Translations under genes and position numbers: made by a program
In this document: in pieces, positions 12,144 to 24,562 of the stretch
Layout of the letters: the number at the start of each line of letters is the position of its first letter
Position numbering within the stretch: the first letter of the stretch is position 1
Origin: Camelus dromedarius
Taxonomy: Eukaryota
NCBI RefSeq assembly: GCF_036321535.1
Contig: NC_087437.1
Span: 42,100,001-42,164,000 of the forward strand
DNA length: 64,000 nucleotides
Reading direction: 5' to 3'
Notes under the pieces: generated by a model
Seen by the model: only the letters and a program-made list of their open reading frames with translations
The model's database searches: none
What the model was told of the DNA's origin: nothing

Positions 12144-14294
12144 GTGAGTTAGGATATAAGAGCTGAATAGTATTGAAGAATTCAGATTTCTAAAGTAAAT
12201 CATGTCCACCTTTTTAAACCTGTTTGGTTAACAGCACTTGCCTAACAAAGAGTTGCAGTACCTTTGCTCATTGGCCATTCCTAAGTGTCCTGATAGAGAT
12301 TGGGGGTCCACACAAGTACTTCCAGAAATGGAAAAGTAGATGATACCCTGGACAGAATTTTAAAAATTACTTTTAAGAAGTAATTTTTATTTTACATAGT
12401 CTTCTATGATCTATTGAAGTGTGTGGTTTAATATATGATATTTTTTTATAAAAGAATTTTTACCATAGATATACCAGTTGTTTTATTGTAGACCATACAT
12501 GCATGTTCAGCCCAGATAACTAAATGAAACCCTTCCCATGTTTAAAGAACACCTTTGGACCTTAAAAGACAATACATTTTGAAATAAAACAAGTAATGCA
12601 AATATCAAAATTATCACTAACAAGAACTAACCCAGTTTGCCAAAAAGCAAAAAAACTTGTATAGTCTGATATGTAGTCTGAAATCTCTACTGTGATTTTT
12701 CTGGAATCTCTCCTGTGACTGCTCTGGAAGGCAGGGCTAGCTGATCTTAGGAAGAAACCGAGCCAGCCGCAGACCTGTGAGGGGGAAAGTATTATCTGAA
12801 TTGTTACAGAGCTCATCTGTTTATTCAAAGATCCATCTGTATATCCATTTGCAAATAGGCAGATTTCTTCATCTGAATGTGATTCTTAATATTTTTTTAA
12901 GTTTTAATTTAAAATTTTACTTTTTAAATTTGACCAAACATTCTAATTTTGTCTACTAGGATGCACAACAACAAAATCTCCTTTCTTTAATTATCTGTGT
13001 GTATATCAACATTGTGTAATAAAATTGCAGGCATCAAGCACACATCCTTTATTGTAATTTCCAAAGGATAATTCACACCACATGTTGCTCTGTGGTGGAG
13101 TAGAGGGAGGGTAGTCCAGTAGGAAGAGCATATGTTAATTACCAGGAGGCTTGAGTTCAGTCTGGTTCTGCCATGAATTAAACTGTTTTAACTTTGGTCA
13201 ATCACATAGAATCTGTGCCGCAAGATTCTTGGGAACAAAGATAGGGGAAGTAGGGGTGTGTTCAGGTTATAATACCTTATTAGCTGCGTAAGTGTTTAAA
13301 ACCGCATTTAAAGCATACATAAAAGAGCAAGGTTTTTTATATTCAGTCATAAAATGTACATCTGCTTAGCTATTGTATTGTTTAGATGATCTCTATTGCA
13401 ATCATGTTTTCCTCTTTAAATCAAAACTTTTGGATTTAAAGTTAGCTTCAGCCCTAACGTATTGAACTTTTCACACCGTCTGTACAAACAAAAAGATTTG
13501 TATAATTTATGAAGCTGAGATGATAATAGGAATAGTTTAACCATTCTTTCAAATGGTTGATTGAACAACAAACCAGAAAGTGTTAACACCATATAGGGAG
13601 TCGTGTCAGTGTTCTCCATTAGACATTGTTAACATGTTTCTTTTTTTCCCTCTGTCTTTTAGCAGTTCATTGTCATCGCTTTGCTTAAGGTTTACATTAT
13701 TAATTTGCTGTTCATTCATGAACTGACACTATCTTGTTAAAGAAACGTAAATGTCACAGTCTGCCCTTTATTTACTATCTTGTCTGTTTCCCTTAGTTTC
13801 TTTTTAACCCCTCTTAGAAAGGGTAAATTTTAGAATACTTGCTCGTTAAGTCTTTTACTGCCATGTCTTAAGAACACCTTGAACTCTGGGCAGACAAAAG
13901 GAGTAATAATGGGTTCCCCAAAAGAAACAGTATGAGGAGCATCTGAAGGCCTTGCATCCGGACTTCCTCCTAACACATCTGGGGTCCCACACTTGTGACA
14001 CATTTGACACGTACGTGACACCACACACATGCAGCCTAAGGCACCACCAGCTGTTACTTGGTCTAGCTCTCTGCTGGCCAGAGAGAAAGAAAATTCTTCC
14101 CCTCTTTGGTCATGATCTTAGTATTTTAAAATATTCTTTCCTAAGAAAAATGTCTACAATCCAAAATATAGACTCTTTGCCCTGCCTAGTCCATAATCCA
14201 TGTAGATCATTTATTTTTCAATCTAGAGAAGACTTTTTAACACTTCCAACCCCTACTTAATTTTAAGTTCCTCTGCCTTAATTTGCTTTGGCGA

Positions 14295-14500
14295 GGCAGC
14301 ATGATAATCTGTTGGACAAAGCTTGGAATTGGGAGTTAACGGTTCAGTCACTTACTGAGGGTGTGTGATTGGGCAAGACATATAAACTTCAATGGCCTTA
14401 TTTTCTCATTCATAAAATGAGGGTAATAATGATACTAGGCTCAGGAAAATGGTGTGAGAGCAGATGAAATATATGTGCAAATGTGCTATAAACCTGTAAA
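14295..14500 (+). mobile_element. MIR SINE
   Basis: cacttactgagggtgtgtgattgggcaag...ttttctcattcataaaatgagggtaataat core. Confidence 0.75.
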
Positions 14501-17500
14501 GTTAAAAATGTTGTTTTTATTTGTTTTGTTTTTCTAAAGTTGTTGCAGTTTTCCCACACTCTAAAAATAGAAACAACTTCACACTACAGGTTCTTTGAAC
14601 CTGTGTATAGTTTGACCATGTCACTCACTGTTTTATTGAGATAAACATATATCACAATTAGCACTGAAAAAAAGCAGCAAAATCTCTTTTTATGATGCAA
14701 TTGAGTTAACATTCTCAAAGTCTTAGTTCCAGGAATGTAAGCTTTTATCAACACAGTAGCCTCAAACATAATTTTAAGTTTAACAGTCACGTATAAGGCC
14801 TCAAAAGACTGTGTGGAAATATTTCCTCACTAAATCCCCTAACAGAAGTTACGAAAGAATTCCATTACTGTACAGTTGCAAAATGAGCAGTTATGTTCAT
14901 TGCCACTTTTATTGATTTGTGCATCACCGATTCAGAAAGTGTCGCCCTGCTGGAAGTCTGGAGAGCCAATGATGAGAACAGAGATGTTTCTTTTAGCAGC
15001 GCCAAGCAGGCTGTATTCTCCTTCCCGTTCATAATAGTGCACATGTGGACAAAGGCCTGTGGAAGGCCTGTTCCAGTCACTGTGCTGCAGAGTGAAAAGG
15101 TTGTTTCTCACATCAGGCACTGAAGTCTCACCTAAGGGCTCCTTCCTCGTCCATTCTGACTTTGCTCCTCTGATCCCATCCCCTTCCCACTGATTGCTCG
15201 GCATCTGTGTAGAATGCTTTCTCTCCTTTTCTGCTCTCCCTCCCTCGTGTCAGTGAGTGCTGTCTGAGTTCACCAGTCAGACACACAAACCAGCTTTTGA
15301 AGTAGCAGTCTCAGTCATGGGGTTGTGTCGTTGGACTGTGGTGCTTGTCATCACTTCCTAGGCAGGGATCACTCTCGACTTCTCCTTGCTGTCTCCTCAC
15401 TGTTACTGAGAACACCATGTGAAGAGACCAGTGACGTCCTTGAGACGGTGCTGTGGGTCTCGCATTTGCCGTACCATTTAAGCCAAATTCCACATTGGAA
15501 ATTGTATCCTAAGACATTTCAGGTTTAAAAGATTTTTTTTTCCTTTCTCACCTTTTGCTATGAATTTTTGTGTGTCATTGCTCCACATCTATTCAACCTT
15601 TTTTTTTTTTTTAATCCTGGTGATTGGGGAAAAGATATTCCTCTATTATGTTGATTTGAAAAATTTAGTTGTTGGGTCTTGGGTTAGATTTTTATTGAAG
15701 TCATCACTTTTGTATTAGTCAGTTCTCATACAAATTGCTTTTTTTGGTTTAATGTTAGTTGAATGTTTAAAAGAAATCAATTTTTAATTGTCAAAGTGTA
15801 TTTATTCAGTGCTTCCATATAAGGCATTGTGTTACATGTTGTATAAAGCCACCAAATCTGCAGGGGGTGGGGTAGTGTGCGTGAGAGAGAGAGAAATTAT
15901 TTGTGTGTTTGTTGAGGAAGGGAGAGAAGAATGAGAAAGAAAGGTCTAATACATACATATAATATACACACATAAATAAATAGCATTATATTTTATAATA
16001 CTTACGCATAAGTATGTAACTTAACAATCAAACATTTATATGTATTCATTTACTTATACACAAAGAATAGCATATGTCTTTTAATTGGTAGTTTTGTAGT
16101 TAAAACTGACATTGAGTATCATTTTACTGTGGCAGTCAAGAATACATATTTTTATCAATGATAGGATAATCAGAAATTTGAGTGACAGAATGGATAACAA
16201 TTTCATGACAAAATTTCAGGCTGTTTTCCAGTCATTGGCATAAACAGTCTGGCAAAGAAGTCACCCAGAGATGATATCATGTAATAACATTTCCCAGAAA
16301 AATTATGTGATGAAATATTTCCAAAAATATGAGGTTGACCAGCTCAGTGCACAGTTATGAAATAGGTGTTATTGACTAAAAACTGTGGCTCCTAGTATGT
16401 TACAGATGTGCTGGAGGAAGTTGGAGGCAGATTTCTGAAATTCCTGGAGCACCTGTTTCATAAGCATTTAGTCAGTATTTAAACTGAAACAAATGTGAAA
16501 ACCCAACACAAGATTAATTATATCTTAGAAAAATGTGTTCTTCTTTGCTGGGATGAGTGCTAAAGGAACTGAATTGTTGGCTGACATGTTTAACCTAGGA
16601 AACCGCCCCTGTTCCGCAGATCCTCCTGTCACATGATAGTATTTGGAGAAGACACATCAGCATCATGTGAGAAATGTTATTGCAACATTCTTGAATGTGT
16701 AAGGTCGTTTCCAGAGACTACTTTTCTGTAAAAGTTACTGGTGAAAACAGATTGACAAACATGAAACTGGTTGTTATTACAACTACTTGCTGTCTGTTTA
16801 CTGAACAGTTTTAATAGACAGATGTAATCATGGGGTACTTAGATGATCAGGTTTTAGATACTGTGTGCAGTGCATTTATATTGCCATATAAAATGGCTCT
16901 CGTTGCCTTTGGAACAGACTTTTATGAGTACAGAGCACCGACTCCTAATTTAGACAAAATAACATTCTTTGAGTTTAAACACAGGAGTAATAACTCCTTG
17001 TGGCCCATACAACTGTCCCATCTTCAGCTACCTCAAATTTTTGCTTCTGCCATCAGGTCCTTTTATTCCTACTGTCATCCCCCTGACCTGGCTATCAGAA
17101 GCCTCCTTCACTCATGTTTCTCTAGCCTAAGTATGGATTTGTGACTCCAAGAATCTCATTAAAAAGGAAGAACCAACTTGACTGAGTCCAGACTCCCCAG
17201 ATAACTAGCTGTGGTCCGGTCTGCAAGTACTCTGCAGACCTTCCCCTGCCTCCTTTCCCCTGTTGTGTTACCCGCATTGGTTTTCAGTGCTGACTGTTGT
17301 GAATATTTAGGACCTGGTCTATCTGTTTTACTACAGTCTGAATTTGTAAGCAAATACCTAGTGACTGCAAAATGAGATGCCTACTGGGAACGCAAATGGA
17401 TAAAAAGGATTGGATAAAGGCAGCTGCAAAGCATTCCCAGAGCCGGGAGACAGTCACAGAGTGCTAGGGACCCTGCACTGAACAGCCCCGACTAAGGGGG

Positions 17501-17659
17501 CTAAAGGGGGCGTTGCTCTCAGCTTCATCAGGTTGCTGTCATGTAGGAATGCAGTTCAGTGTTGCTAGGACTTCTAGTTCTTAAGAGAAGCCAGAGAGGT
17601 TCATTTTTTAAAATGAGAGATCTCAAGGATTTTGTTCAATATTGGCTTAATTTTTAACT

Positions 17660-18300
17660 TTTTACTTCCCAAGATTTCAGTTACAATCAAAAGTGGACAG
17701 TAATTTAATGAACTCTCATCTGCCTACCAGCCATTGTTCTATTTCCTTGTTGCGCTCACCTTTTCTCTCCTCCAGCAGTTATTTTGCAGCAAAGTCCAGA
17801 CATGGTATTACTTTACCTGTGAACCACATTACCATCATCGCATACCCTGTGCCCATCCAAAATAAAACTGATAAATTCTTTAATGTCTTTAAAATCCAGA
17901 GACTGACCCCATTTCCCCAGTTGTCTTAAAAATGAAGGTTTTGTTTTTCAGTTTGTTGTAATTGGAATTCAAACATGGTCTGGAATATTGTGTTTGGCTG
18001 ATAGCTCTTAAATTTCTTTTAATCTGTAGGTTTTCTCTCCATCTTTCTCTCTCTCTCTCTCTCTTTTTTTTTTCCCCTCTTCCTGCAATTTATTTGTTGT
18101 AATAAATTTTCTTTTTGTCCTGTAGAATTTTCCACATTGTGAATTAGGCTGATTGCATCCCTGTAGTGTTGCTTAATAGTGTTCTCTCTGTGTTTCCCAT
18201 ACAGCAGTGAAGACGTTTAATCAGATACAGGTTCAATTTTTCTCTCATTAGGAGTGCAAAATATCTGCTTGTCTCTTTTTTGTTAATAATTGCCTGTGTC
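17660..18300 (-). mobile_element. Old L1 (L1MC/ME-type) 3' fragment, apparently inside a MER102-like element (about 17350-18400)
   Basis: aagatttcagttacaatcaaaagtggacagtaatttaatgaactctcat...ctgtagaattttccacattgtgaattaggctgattgcatcc. Confidence 0.55.
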
Positions 18301-20022
18301 CTTTAATTCATTGGTGGCTGTAATATTGTAAAACATGTGTTCCTCCCCCACACATGTACATTTAGGGCCAGATGCAATCCATGAGCCTTCGGTTGGAGAA
18401 TTCAACTGATCTGCTAAAGTTCAGGCTGGAACCTTGCCTATGTCTGGAATGTTCTATGATTCATTTTAAGTAACTTACTCTCAGTGAGCCTGTCCTGATG
18501 CATGGAAATGGTCTTGCCAAATCTAGCATTCAGTTTTATATTATCGTGTGCCTACTTATAGTGAATGCAAAAAGCAGAATTTCTTTCATCAGGTTGGGTG
18601 AAGAGCATCCTGTCGATAAGCATCTTTTGTTTGGATCAAATGGATCAAATGTCATGGTGTCCTCCCGTCAGGCAAATAAGTCAAATAGCCAGTAAATATG
18701 TGTTTTACCTTTTAGAATGGAAGGTAGGCATGTCTGTTAGAACTTTTGACTTGAATGATCTCTGTAAATTTTTTGTGATGGACTTTGAGGAGAAAGGACC
18801 TTAAAAATTACACCCCAAGTTAGGTTTTCCATGTTATCTTTAGCTGCTACTTATTCATTGGGCAGAGTGAGGGGAAATGGATTGTGGGTACTTAAAGAAA
18901 TATAATTACAGGATGAGTAAGGACAGGAGGGAATACAGGATAACAGATTTCTATGACTGAATACAGTTGATCCAACTTTCTAGCTGTGTAGCTTTGGGAA
19001 ATTTACTTTACCTGTGTAGTCTGAGTGTTGTGTCTTTAATGGCACCTCATAAAGGGTTAAGAATTAAGAACTTGATATATTTACCAATTCTGAATAGCTT
19101 AATCCTTTTATCTTTTTAGGCAGCAAAGGTTTCTTTGTTGTCTTTTTGAAAGAGGATGTTTTCAAGTTATTTTTTTAATGCCCAATATTTAAAAAATGGA
19201 AAAGTAGAAAGGAAGATGATAAAAAAATCAACATAATCCTATTTTATGCTATTTGAAAGGAGTGATTTTCTAATAGCATGTTATATGCTTTTTCTTCACA
19301 GCTTCTCTAGAGAAATCAGGCCCATATGTTCAGTATTGAGCCAGGTATTTTAATGTGCACAACACACATCTTTAATCTTGGCTCCAGGTGCAAGAGTTAG
19401 ATGCTCACATGGATAAACTGTACCTGAACAGTGTTTTTATTGAATTAGAGAGATGCATTTGGCAGTAGATAGCATGTTTCTGTGTGTGAAATGTCCTCAT
19501 TTCTACCTAAATATCTGCAGTGTTACGAACAGTTCAGAGGTGATATCTCACCTGTGGTTTGTACTCCTACCTCTCTCTCCAGTTTGTAGACTCTTACCAC
19601 TGCTTCGTGTCTCCTTTCACCCAACCTCTAACTACTTCGAGCCTCTTTCCAGACAAAGTCAACCAGAGAGTGGCCTCATGGTTTTTAGAAAGTACATTTG
19701 GAGACCATTTGGGGGATTCAGGACATTTTCTTATTTAGCATATTCTTTTCCAGTCAGTAGTCTCTCCCTGTCTTAAATGGGGCTGGGTGTTTCTGAGAAT
19801 TAGTAGGAGAGAGGCACATTGCCTGTTAGTCTGGTTTTCCCCTGGAAATGCTGACCATAGTCAGGTCAGGACAAGACCAGTAGATAGGAACAAGGGTCAT
19901 GGTGTGTACTGTGTAAGAAGTTCTGTTCCTCTGTGGAAAACCCTGGGGCAAAGCTGAGATAAACACCCTGGTCTTCCGTGATGGGCCACTGCCACTGACT
20001 GTGTTTGTCTGTCTGTTTTCAG

Positions 20023-20161
20023 GGTATATGCTATGTACAATTCCGTAAAGGGATCCTGCTCTGAGCCAGTGAGCTTCACCACCCACAGCTGTGCGCCCGA
20101 GTGCCCCTTCCCACCTAAGCTGGCACACAGGAGCAAAAGCTCCCTAACCTTGCAGTGGAAG
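20023..20161 (+). CDS. FNDC3B: FNDC3B exon D (139 nt): VYAMYNSVKGSCSEPVSFTT...SLTLQWK
   Basis: ttttcag acceptor; AAG|gtgggt donor; overlaps ORF 20033..20263. Confidence 0.97.
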
Positions 20162-21206
20162 GTGGGTAGCGCAAAGTGTCGGGAGTCCTCTGAGTCTGTA
20201 GCCATTGGAAACATTTATCTGGCACTGTTCCAACTTGGTGATAGTGTTTGGTTTTCTACATAGTGACTATGTGAAACAAATTGTAATGATGTCAAAAGTT
20301 ACCATCTCTATAAAAATTGGGCAAAGGGGTGGGAGGGGAAACTGCAAAATCAAGTTTTAGCTTTCTTTGCAGGGGGATTTGGTAAATCTCTTAGGATCAT
20401 GAGCAGTACTTTCTAAGTGATATAAGTACTTAAGATATTTACGTTTCATCACTCTCTAATAGTTTAATTCACTTCAACAAACATTTGAGGACTTGAGTAA
20501 AAAGTTTTTGTGAAGAAAGATTTAAAGTAGCTTTATGGCTCCATTGGCTTCTTTCAGTGGTGACTCAGAAATGTTTAATATTTAAAACTGCCTAGAATGT
20601 TTAGTGTTCTAAACTACATTAAGACTTCATTAATTTTTACTAATTAGGCCTTAGATCAGTTAGGATTACCAGTTATATTTTAACATCTCAATTATGTAGT
20701 AGTTTTCATGGAACTCAACTTTTTGGCTACAAATAACTCTTCCCAAAGAGAGGTCCTTAAAGTGTAGCATTAGCTTATCAGTCATAGTTGTGTGTTTGTA
20801 AGAAAATGGTAAATTACATTATCAATCAGTGCAGTAAGTATTTCTATATATTTATACTTTAAAATGTAGCTTAAAATGTTAAATTTGTAGAGAGAGAGGT
20901 AATAAAGATGTGTGATACTTGGGGAGAATACTAATGTACAAAAGAAATATGATGGCTAGGGAGATCGACGTTATTGGTGAAGAAATCTTTTGTCCTTTTG
21001 TTCCCAGAGCAGAGAGTCCGATTTGTCTTGGGGGTGGGTAAAAGCCGCTGAGAACAGTGGTTAGCAGCAAATCATGGGCTTCGGTAGGCCCCTCTCGTAG
21101 CCAATGGCCAACAGTGAGTGTGTTATTTGGACAAAGGCAAAGTTTAAACTGGCTTAGAATCTGAACTATTTTATTTTCCTTCCTGGCTTCCAGGGATAAT
21201 CCAGGT

Positions 21207-21436
21207 CAGTGATTCCCCACCTTTTCAGAGTTTTAACACCCAACTGGTTATCATTGTTTAAGTCTTTGGAGCATATACATCCATTTTAAAATAGGTTCTA
21301 TATTTACACATATACATATGTAAATATATTTTAAGGAAAGAATTAAAGTCCATTTTATTTGGAAAATATAAGAAATCTTCTTTAAGTTAATCAGAGGGAC
21401 CCCAGGATCTTATAAACCTAAAGTTGGGAATCACTG
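21207..21436. mobile_element. hAT-Charlie MITE
   Basis: Perfect 11-bp terminal inverted repeats cagtgattccc ... gggaatcactg around an AT-rich interior; TSD decayed. Confidence 0.7.
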
Positions 21437-23187
21437 ATACACACTCTGCTTAAAACCTGGATGAAGTTCAGGTCTCAGGCAGACCAGCAACTTCAAGAAA
21501 AAGTGCTCTTATTAGGAGGAAAATATTTCACATTTTCTTTCTCCCTCTATTTAATTGTAGCTTGGAAACACAGTATTGTTCCATTTGGTTATGTGCAAAC
21601 TTGAAAGTTCTGGATTCAGTTCAGTTTCTTGTCCTTAGACTAGATTTCCTGATCACAGTGTTCCAGCTGGGAGCGCAGGGACAGGGGGACCACGCTCTGG
21701 CTGCCCACCTACCCTTGAGGCCACCAAGACACAGAGAGCTCAGGGTCCTCTATCGTTACCTTGTTAGTCAGCGCCGGAGCCGGGGCAATGCAAACACCAG
21801 GGTCTGTGTCCCCACCCTCAAGGAATCAGGGACTCGGTGGTGGGGCAGGACGTCACTGAGAGATTTGTGAGCATCATAAATGTACTTCTTAACCTAGAAA
21901 TGGATTCTCAAGCTGAAACTTTGATTTTTGTTCATTATCTACAACTTTAAATGTATCCCTATCCTGTCTCCCAAACTGAGCCGACAAAAGCCTAAAATTA
22001 CAGTTTAGTAGAACATAGAGCGCTCACCTGAAATCAGGGGTCGGGACTCCACGATTATATGACTCAGAAGAAAGAAGGAGAAGGAAGGAAAGATGAGAGC
22101 AAGGCATTGCTTTATTAATTAATGTTTACTGAGGCCCAATGATGTTTTACTATTAACAGTAACAAAGCAACAGCTACCGTTCGCGGAGCGCTTCCTATGA
22201 GACCGGGCAGTTGAGGAAGTGATTTATACAAATTCTCCCATTTCCTTATCACACCCATCCATTCTTGGAATAAGAAATTAAACACTGATGTTAAGTGTGA
22301 CAAACAGCCGAGCTGGGCCTCCTTGTAGCTCTGGTGACCCGGCTGCCTTCTGCGGGCAGCAGGTCGTCACAGTCTGTGGGCTGTGGCTCTCTCCTGGGGG
22401 AGCCAGGCCCGGATGCCTTTGTACTTGGGAGACATGGCGTTAGTGCTGAGAGGGACCCTGCTGTAGCACCCCCTTCTGGCAGGCCTGACCCTCAGCACTC
22501 TTTTCTCCAGTTCTTTACTCCCTTTCCCATTGCCCAAAGCCTGTTTTCTCAGTGAAGCAGATCTCACTGTGCTTTTAAGAGGAAAACAAATGATGAAATT
22601 TCTTTTTACTAACAGGCAAAGGGCTGACTGCCCCTGGTAATCTCTCTAGGAGATCCCATTTTTTCCTCATTTAAAAAAAAAAAATGGGGAATCATAATGC
22701 CACAGAAGGCTTTCTAATGTTAAGCACTTAAAAAAATAAAACCTGTAGGGGAGAAGTTACAAAGAATCTGAACTCTGGACTCTGAACCTAGCTGGGTCAG
22801 CTTTACTCCATCAGACCCCAGGCACTGCAGGCAGTGACGCAGTTTCTCTGCTGTCTTTTTTCTCTCTCTATTCTTGAAATTAAAATGCCTCTTAAAAGTT
22901 TTATCCCCAGAGGAAGTAGGGCACCACATGGGTCTCAAGGTAGAGGTGCTGGGGAAGGCAGGCTTGGCTGTTTGTGGGGTATGACTTATTAACAGTGGAG
23001 GCTCTCTCTACTAGTTGAGTTGTATTAAAATTAGTTTCTGATAATGTTTGGCCAAAGAAATGCAGGAGTTATGCCCCTGCGGGGAGAGCACAGGACTAGC
23101 ATGGACACTGTATTTGAACCAAGTGCATGGCTCAGAACTTTTGTCTGTGAACAGCTTCCACTAATCTCATTTTATTTTATTTTTTAG

Positions 23188-23241
23188 GCACCAATTGACA
23201 ACGGTTCAAAAATCACCAACTACCTTTTAGAATGGGATGAG
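23188..23241 (+). CDS. FNDC3B: FNDC3B exon E (54 nt): APIDNGSKITNYLLEWDE
   Basis: ctaat branch-like motif, T-rich tract, ttttag acceptor; GAG|gtaatc donor; phase 0/0. Confidence 0.96.
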
Positions 23242-24525
23242 GTAATCACATTTTCACATTCATCCATGTAAAACCCCTCTCAAAAATGAAATTGCTGAAC
23301 AAATGCCATTTTATTCTTTTTTTAAGATGTGCTAAACACGTGGAAAAAAGAACGTAAGTAGAGAAAAATTTAAAAACCAAAAGTTACTAACTGTGGGAAA
23401 AGAAAATGGACTGAAGTAGTCTAGTGAATTGTGCATTAAAATATGTTTACATGGCTTTTTGCAAGAAATGCTACTGAAAGCAGTGACAGGGTCTTATCTA
23501 TTTTGGAGTCCCTAGTATCTGGCCAGGCATTAATGAGTATTAAGAAATGACTGCTTTGTTATCTGGACTGCCCAGGGCCAGCCTGTGTAGATGGTTTTGA
23601 TAACATAAACCACACTGTGGCTTGGGAAGCCTAATTTGTTCCTTCTTTTTGAGTGCCACGTGTAAACTCTGTTGTCGCACTGTTGAGTACTGTTTGTGGG
23701 AGATGGAGCAGCACCTGGAGGTCTCACCTACCTGTCAGACCATCCTGGAATGGGTGCCCCCTTTGCTGTGTCTGTCTCCAGAGGCGGTGGGTGGTTACCC
23801 ATGGTGAATTCCTCCTATCCTGAAGGCCGCTCTCTGCTGATTGGTAACCCAGTGCTTTTCTGGCCTTGACAACACTGCACAGAATCTTAGGCAGGAAGCA
23901 ATGGATGCAGAAATCCGTTTCTAAAAAGCAACCATACTATTTGTTCTTGTAAATCTTATCTCTGTTCATTCATTTACCTTTGTTTCTTTCTGTCATTCTG
24001 TGAATGAGCAAAGGGACAAAGGATTTTAAGAATAGGAAATGTGGAATTTGGGAAGCAACGTAAGTTAACTAGTCTTTGTGACTTAAATTTAGGGGCATTA
24101 AAACATTCAGAACACAAACAGGCAACAAGTGACTTACCAAGTGTGGAAAAATATATTTTAAACCAAATGTAAAATGAAAATGGGTGAAACTCTTATGATG
24201 AAATTTTGATATGAATAAGGGGCCCTTCATCACTTTTTGCAGAAGCGTATTTTCCCATCTGGGTTACATCTGAACAGCAGGAGTTCCAAGTTACCAAAAA
24301 CAATGATCTATTGTTCTTGGGATCCTTGTGAATAGTTCCTGTGTACAGATTGGTGAAATCTCAGACTTAACCAGTATATTTTACAGATTAGGTGGATTTC
24401 ATTTTAAGGTGGCTTGATTGGAAAGCAAAGCCACCCCCTGTGGTCCTTGAGGTTGAGGTTTTATATCCAGATAGTTTACCAGTAAAGAGGAGGCTTTTCT
24501 CCTTACACATTTCTTCTCACAGCAC

Positions 24526-24562
24526 TGTGTGTGTGTGTGTGTGCATGTGTGTGTGTGTGTGT
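24526..24562. repeat. Interrupted (TG)n microsatellite
   Basis: Seen directly. Confidence 0.95.
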
